Positions 61,548-64,000 of a stretch of DNA of 64,000 bases are shown piece by piece (within the stretch, counting starts at the first letter, position 1; each line of letters starts with the position of its first letter). The notes under the pieces were generated by a model. It made no database searches. It had not been told where the DNA came from and was given only the letters and a program-made list of their open reading frames with translations. The position numbers and the translations under genes are program-made. The DNA lies in the NCBI GenBank assembly GCA_963851265.1, contig CAWKNZ010000005.1:96001-160000 (forward strand). The letters run 5' to 3'. Source of the stretch: an uncultured Gemmatimonadales bacterium. GTDB lineage: Bacteria > Gemmatimonadota > Gemmatimonadetes > Gemmatimonadales > Gemmatimonadaceae.

Positions 61548-62031
61548 CGTGGCCGGCGGTCGGACCGCGATCGTGGAGCGGCCGCTCGAGCCGGCGGCGC
61601 TGCTCGCGGAAGTGGCGGACGCGGGGCACGGGGCGACGGCGCTGTTCGTCGGCACGGTGCGCGAGGTGAACGACGGGCGCCCGGTGACGGGGATCGACTA
61701 CACGGCGTACGAGGCGATGGCCGCGCGCGAGCTGGCCGCGATCGTCGGCGAGGCGGCGGAGCGCTTCGGGACGGCCGAGGGGCCGCCGCGGATCGCCGCG
61801 GAGCACCGGCTGGGGACGTTAGGCATCGGCGAGGCGAGCGTGGCGGTCGCGGCGGCGCACGCGCGCCGCGCGCCGGCGATGGACGCGGTGCGCTACGTGG
61901 TGGAGGAGCTCAAGCGGCGCGTGCCGATCTGGAAGCGCGAGCACTACGCCGACGGCACGCGCGAGTGGCTCGACCCGACGGCCGCGCCCGGGGCGGGCGG
62001 TACGGCCGTTGCCCCAGCCGTGTCCTCGTGA
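61540..62031 (+). CDS. moaE: Molybdopterin synthase catalytic subunit
   Basis: GA...FVGTVR, HRLG and LKRRVPIWKRE motifs. Confidence 0.93.
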   Translation: MADVAGGRTAIVERPLEPAALLAEVADAGHGATALFVGTVREVNDGRPVTGIDYTAYEAMAARELAAIVGEAAERFGTAEGPPRIAAEHRLGTLGIGEASVAVAAAHARRAPAMDAVRYVVEELKRRVPIWKREHYADGTREWLDPTAAPGAGGTAVAPAVSS

Positions 62032-62036
62032 CCCTC

Positions 62037-63137
62037 ATGCCCCCGCGCGTCGTACCGCGCCCGCCCCACCGCGCGCCGGCCAACGCGCCCGCCCACGCGC
62101 CCGCCCGGGCGCCGCTCCTCGACCAGTTCGGGCGGTCGATCGAGTACCTGCGCGTGTCGGTCACCGACCGCTGCAACTTTCGCTGCGTGTACTGCATGCC
62201 CGCGGCGGGGCTGCCGTGGCTGCCGAAGGGCGACGTGCTCACCGACGACGAGATCGTCCGCGTGGTCGCGGAACTCGCCCCGCTGGGTTTGCGCCGCGTG
62301 CGCCTGACGGGCGGCGAGCCGACGATTCGCCCCAACCTGGATCGACTCGTGGCGCGGCTGCGCGCGGTCGAGAGCCTCGAGGAGATCTCGCTCTCGACCA
62401 ACGGCGTGCGCTTCTGCCAGGACCCCGACCTCGCCCGGCGGCTCGCCGACGCGGGGCTCGACCGCGTGAACATCTCGGCCGATTCGCTGCGCGCCGACCG
62501 CGTGGCCGCGATCGCACGCCGCGACCTCGGCCTCGACCCCGTGCGCGCGGGCGACGCGGCCGAGGCGGCGGGGCTCACGCCGGTCAAGCTCAACGTCGTC
62601 GTGGTGCGCGGCATCAACGACGACGAGGTCGGCGACTTCGCACGCCTCACGGTCGACCGCCCGTGGGCGGTGCGGTTCATCGAGCTGATGCCGGTGGGCG
62701 AGCTGGCCGAGTTGTACGGCGACGACGTGCTGGCGCGCGTGGTGCCGAGCGACGAGGTGCTGGCACGCGCGGCCGACGCGCTCGCCCCGTGGGGCGGACT
62801 CGCGCCCGTCGGCGGGGCGGGGGACGGACGGCCCGCGCTCGCCGGCAACGGGCCGGCGGCGTACTACGCGGCGCCGGGCGCGGCGGGGCGGATCGGCGTG
62901 ATCACGCCGATGACGCACACCTACTGCGCGTCGTGCAACCGCGTGCGGCTGACAGCGGACGGGCGGCTGCGCACCTGCCTCTACGGCGACGACGAGGTGG
63001 ACCTGCGCGGTCCGCTGCGCCGCGGCGAGTCGCTGGCGCCCCACGTGCGCGCGGCGCTCGCCGCCAAGCCGCGCGAGCACGCGCTGCTCCAGCTGCGGAC
63101 GGGGGGGCTGCGGGCGCTGTCGCAGGTGGGCGGGTGA
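62037..63137 (+). CDS. moaA: GTP 3',8-cyclase
   Basis: YLRVSVTDRCNFRCVYC, TGGEP, CASCNR..C and C-terminal GG. Confidence 0.96.
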   Translation: MPPRVVPRPPHRAPANAPAHAPARAPLLDQFGRSIEYLRVSVTDRCNFRCVYCMPAAGLPWLPKGDVLTDDEIVRVVAELAPLGLRRVRLTGGEPTIRPNLDRLVARLRAVESLEEISLSTNGVRFCQDPDLARRLADAGLDRVNISADSLRADRVAAIARRDLGLDPVRAGDAAEAAGLTPVKLNVVVVRGINDDEVGDFARLTVDRPWAVRFIELMPVGELAELYGDDVLARVVPSDEVLARAADALAPWGGLAPVGGAGDGRPALAGNGPAAYYAAPGAAGRIGVITPMTHTYCASCNRVRLTADGRLRTCLYGDDEVDLRGPLRRGESLAPHVRAALAAKPREHALLQLRTGGLRALSQVGG

Positions 63138-63964
63138 ACGGACGGCGCGCCTTCGCGTGGGGCGCGGCGGCCGCGCTGTGCGGCGCGGCCAGCGCGCCGT
63201 GGCGGCCGTCCGCGCCGCTGCTCGTCTTCGCTGCGGCCGACCTGCGTGAGGCGTTGCCCGAGGTGGCGGCCGCGTACCGCCGGGCGGGTGGGGACAGCGT
63301 GACGCTCGTGTTCGGCGCGACGAGCGATCTCGCCACGCAGATCGCGAACGGCGCGCCCGCCGACGCCTTCTTCGCGGCGGACCAGGCGGCCATCGCGGGG
63401 CTCGCCGCGCGGCGGGCCGTCGTGGGCGGCACGTCGCGCGTGTACGCCGTCGGGCGGCTCGCGCTCGTCATGGCGCGCGGCGCGACCGCCGGCGGCGCAC
63501 CGGAGGCGTCGCGGCTCGCCGACCTCGCGCGGCCGGGTGTGCGCACGGTCGTCATCGCCGACCCCGCGCACGCGCCGTACGGACGCGCGGCGCGCCAGGC
63601 GCTCGAACGCGCGGGGCTCTGGGACGCGGTGCGCGCGAAGGTGGTGTACGCGCCGAACGTCGCCCAGGCGTACCGCTTCGTCGTCGGCGGCAACGCGGAC
63701 GCGGGGATCGTCGCGCGCGCGTCGCTCGGCGCGGCGGCCCCGGGTGCGGCGTATGCCCTCGTCGACACGACGCTGTACGCGCCCATCCGCCAGGCCGCGG
63801 CCGTGGTCGCCAGCAGCGCCCAGCCGGCGGCGGCCGCGCGGTTCGTCGAGTACGCGACCGGCGCGCCGGGGTTCGCGGTGCTGCGACGCTACGGCTTCGG
63901 GCCGCCGCCCGCGGCCGCCGCGCCTCCAGCCGCCGCACCTCCGGCCGCCGCGCCGCGGCCGTGA
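63134..63964 (+). CDS. modA: Molybdate ABC transporter substrate-binding protein
   Basis: FAAADL, QIANGAPAD.F and ADPAHAPYG motifs; GTG overlaps the moaA stop. Confidence 0.9.
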   Translation: MNGRRAFAWGAAAALCGAASAPWRPSAPLLVFAAADLREALPEVAAAYRRAGGDSVTLVFGATSDLATQIANGAPADAFFAADQAAIAGLAARRAVVGGTSRVYAVGRLALVMARGATAGGAPEASRLADLARPGVRTVVIADPAHAPYGRAARQALERAGLWDAVRAKVVYAPNVAQAYRFVVGGNADAGIVARASLGAAAPGAAYALVDTTLYAPIRQAAAVVASSAQPAAAARFVEYATGAPGFAVLRRYGFGPPPAAAAPPAAAPPAAAPRP

Positions 63965-64000
63965 CGGCGCTCGGCGTGGGCGACCTCGCGCCGCTCGCGC
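63961..64000 (+). CDS. Start of a probable molybdate ABC permease (partial)
   Basis: GTG overlaps the modA TGA; only 13 codons visible; identity from context alone. Confidence 0.4.
   Translation, partial: MTALGVGDLAPLA

Overview
A very GC-rich (by eye ~73-75%) bacterial chromosomal segment of about 50 genes. Gene content and style (several Hanks-type Ser/Thr kinases, a DUF885 protein, a TonB receptor) suggest Gemmatimonadota; this is inference. Most genes are housekeeping: gpmI, guaB, purD, mutM, glmM-glmS, queD, dacB, moeA, moaD-moaE-moaA-modA, mrp, ubiE/menG and a metB-family enzyme. There is also an ECF sigma/anti-sigma locus, a LytS/LytTR system with a TonB-dependent receptor, and a CsoR-controlled copper-efflux operon. 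I found no rRNA, tRNA, CRISPR array or mobile element. Best signals: (1) the heptamer GTTAGGC/GCCTAAC occurs at least 23 times on both strands, mostly written into genes as the rare TTA codon; (2) two matching promoters, each with three 21-bp-periodic boxes and a -10-like hexamer 41 bp after the last box, define a likely autoregulated LytS/LytTR-TonB receptor regulon; (3) an apparently split RsiW-like anti-sigma has its own SigW-type promoter; (4) a Met/His-rich barrel-like protein sits in the copper operon; (5) an ANL-family enzyme has degenerate catalytic motifs; (6) three genes look leaderless. Five frameshifts in four genes (dacB, an M15A peptidase, glmM, copA x2) are most simply assembly indels.
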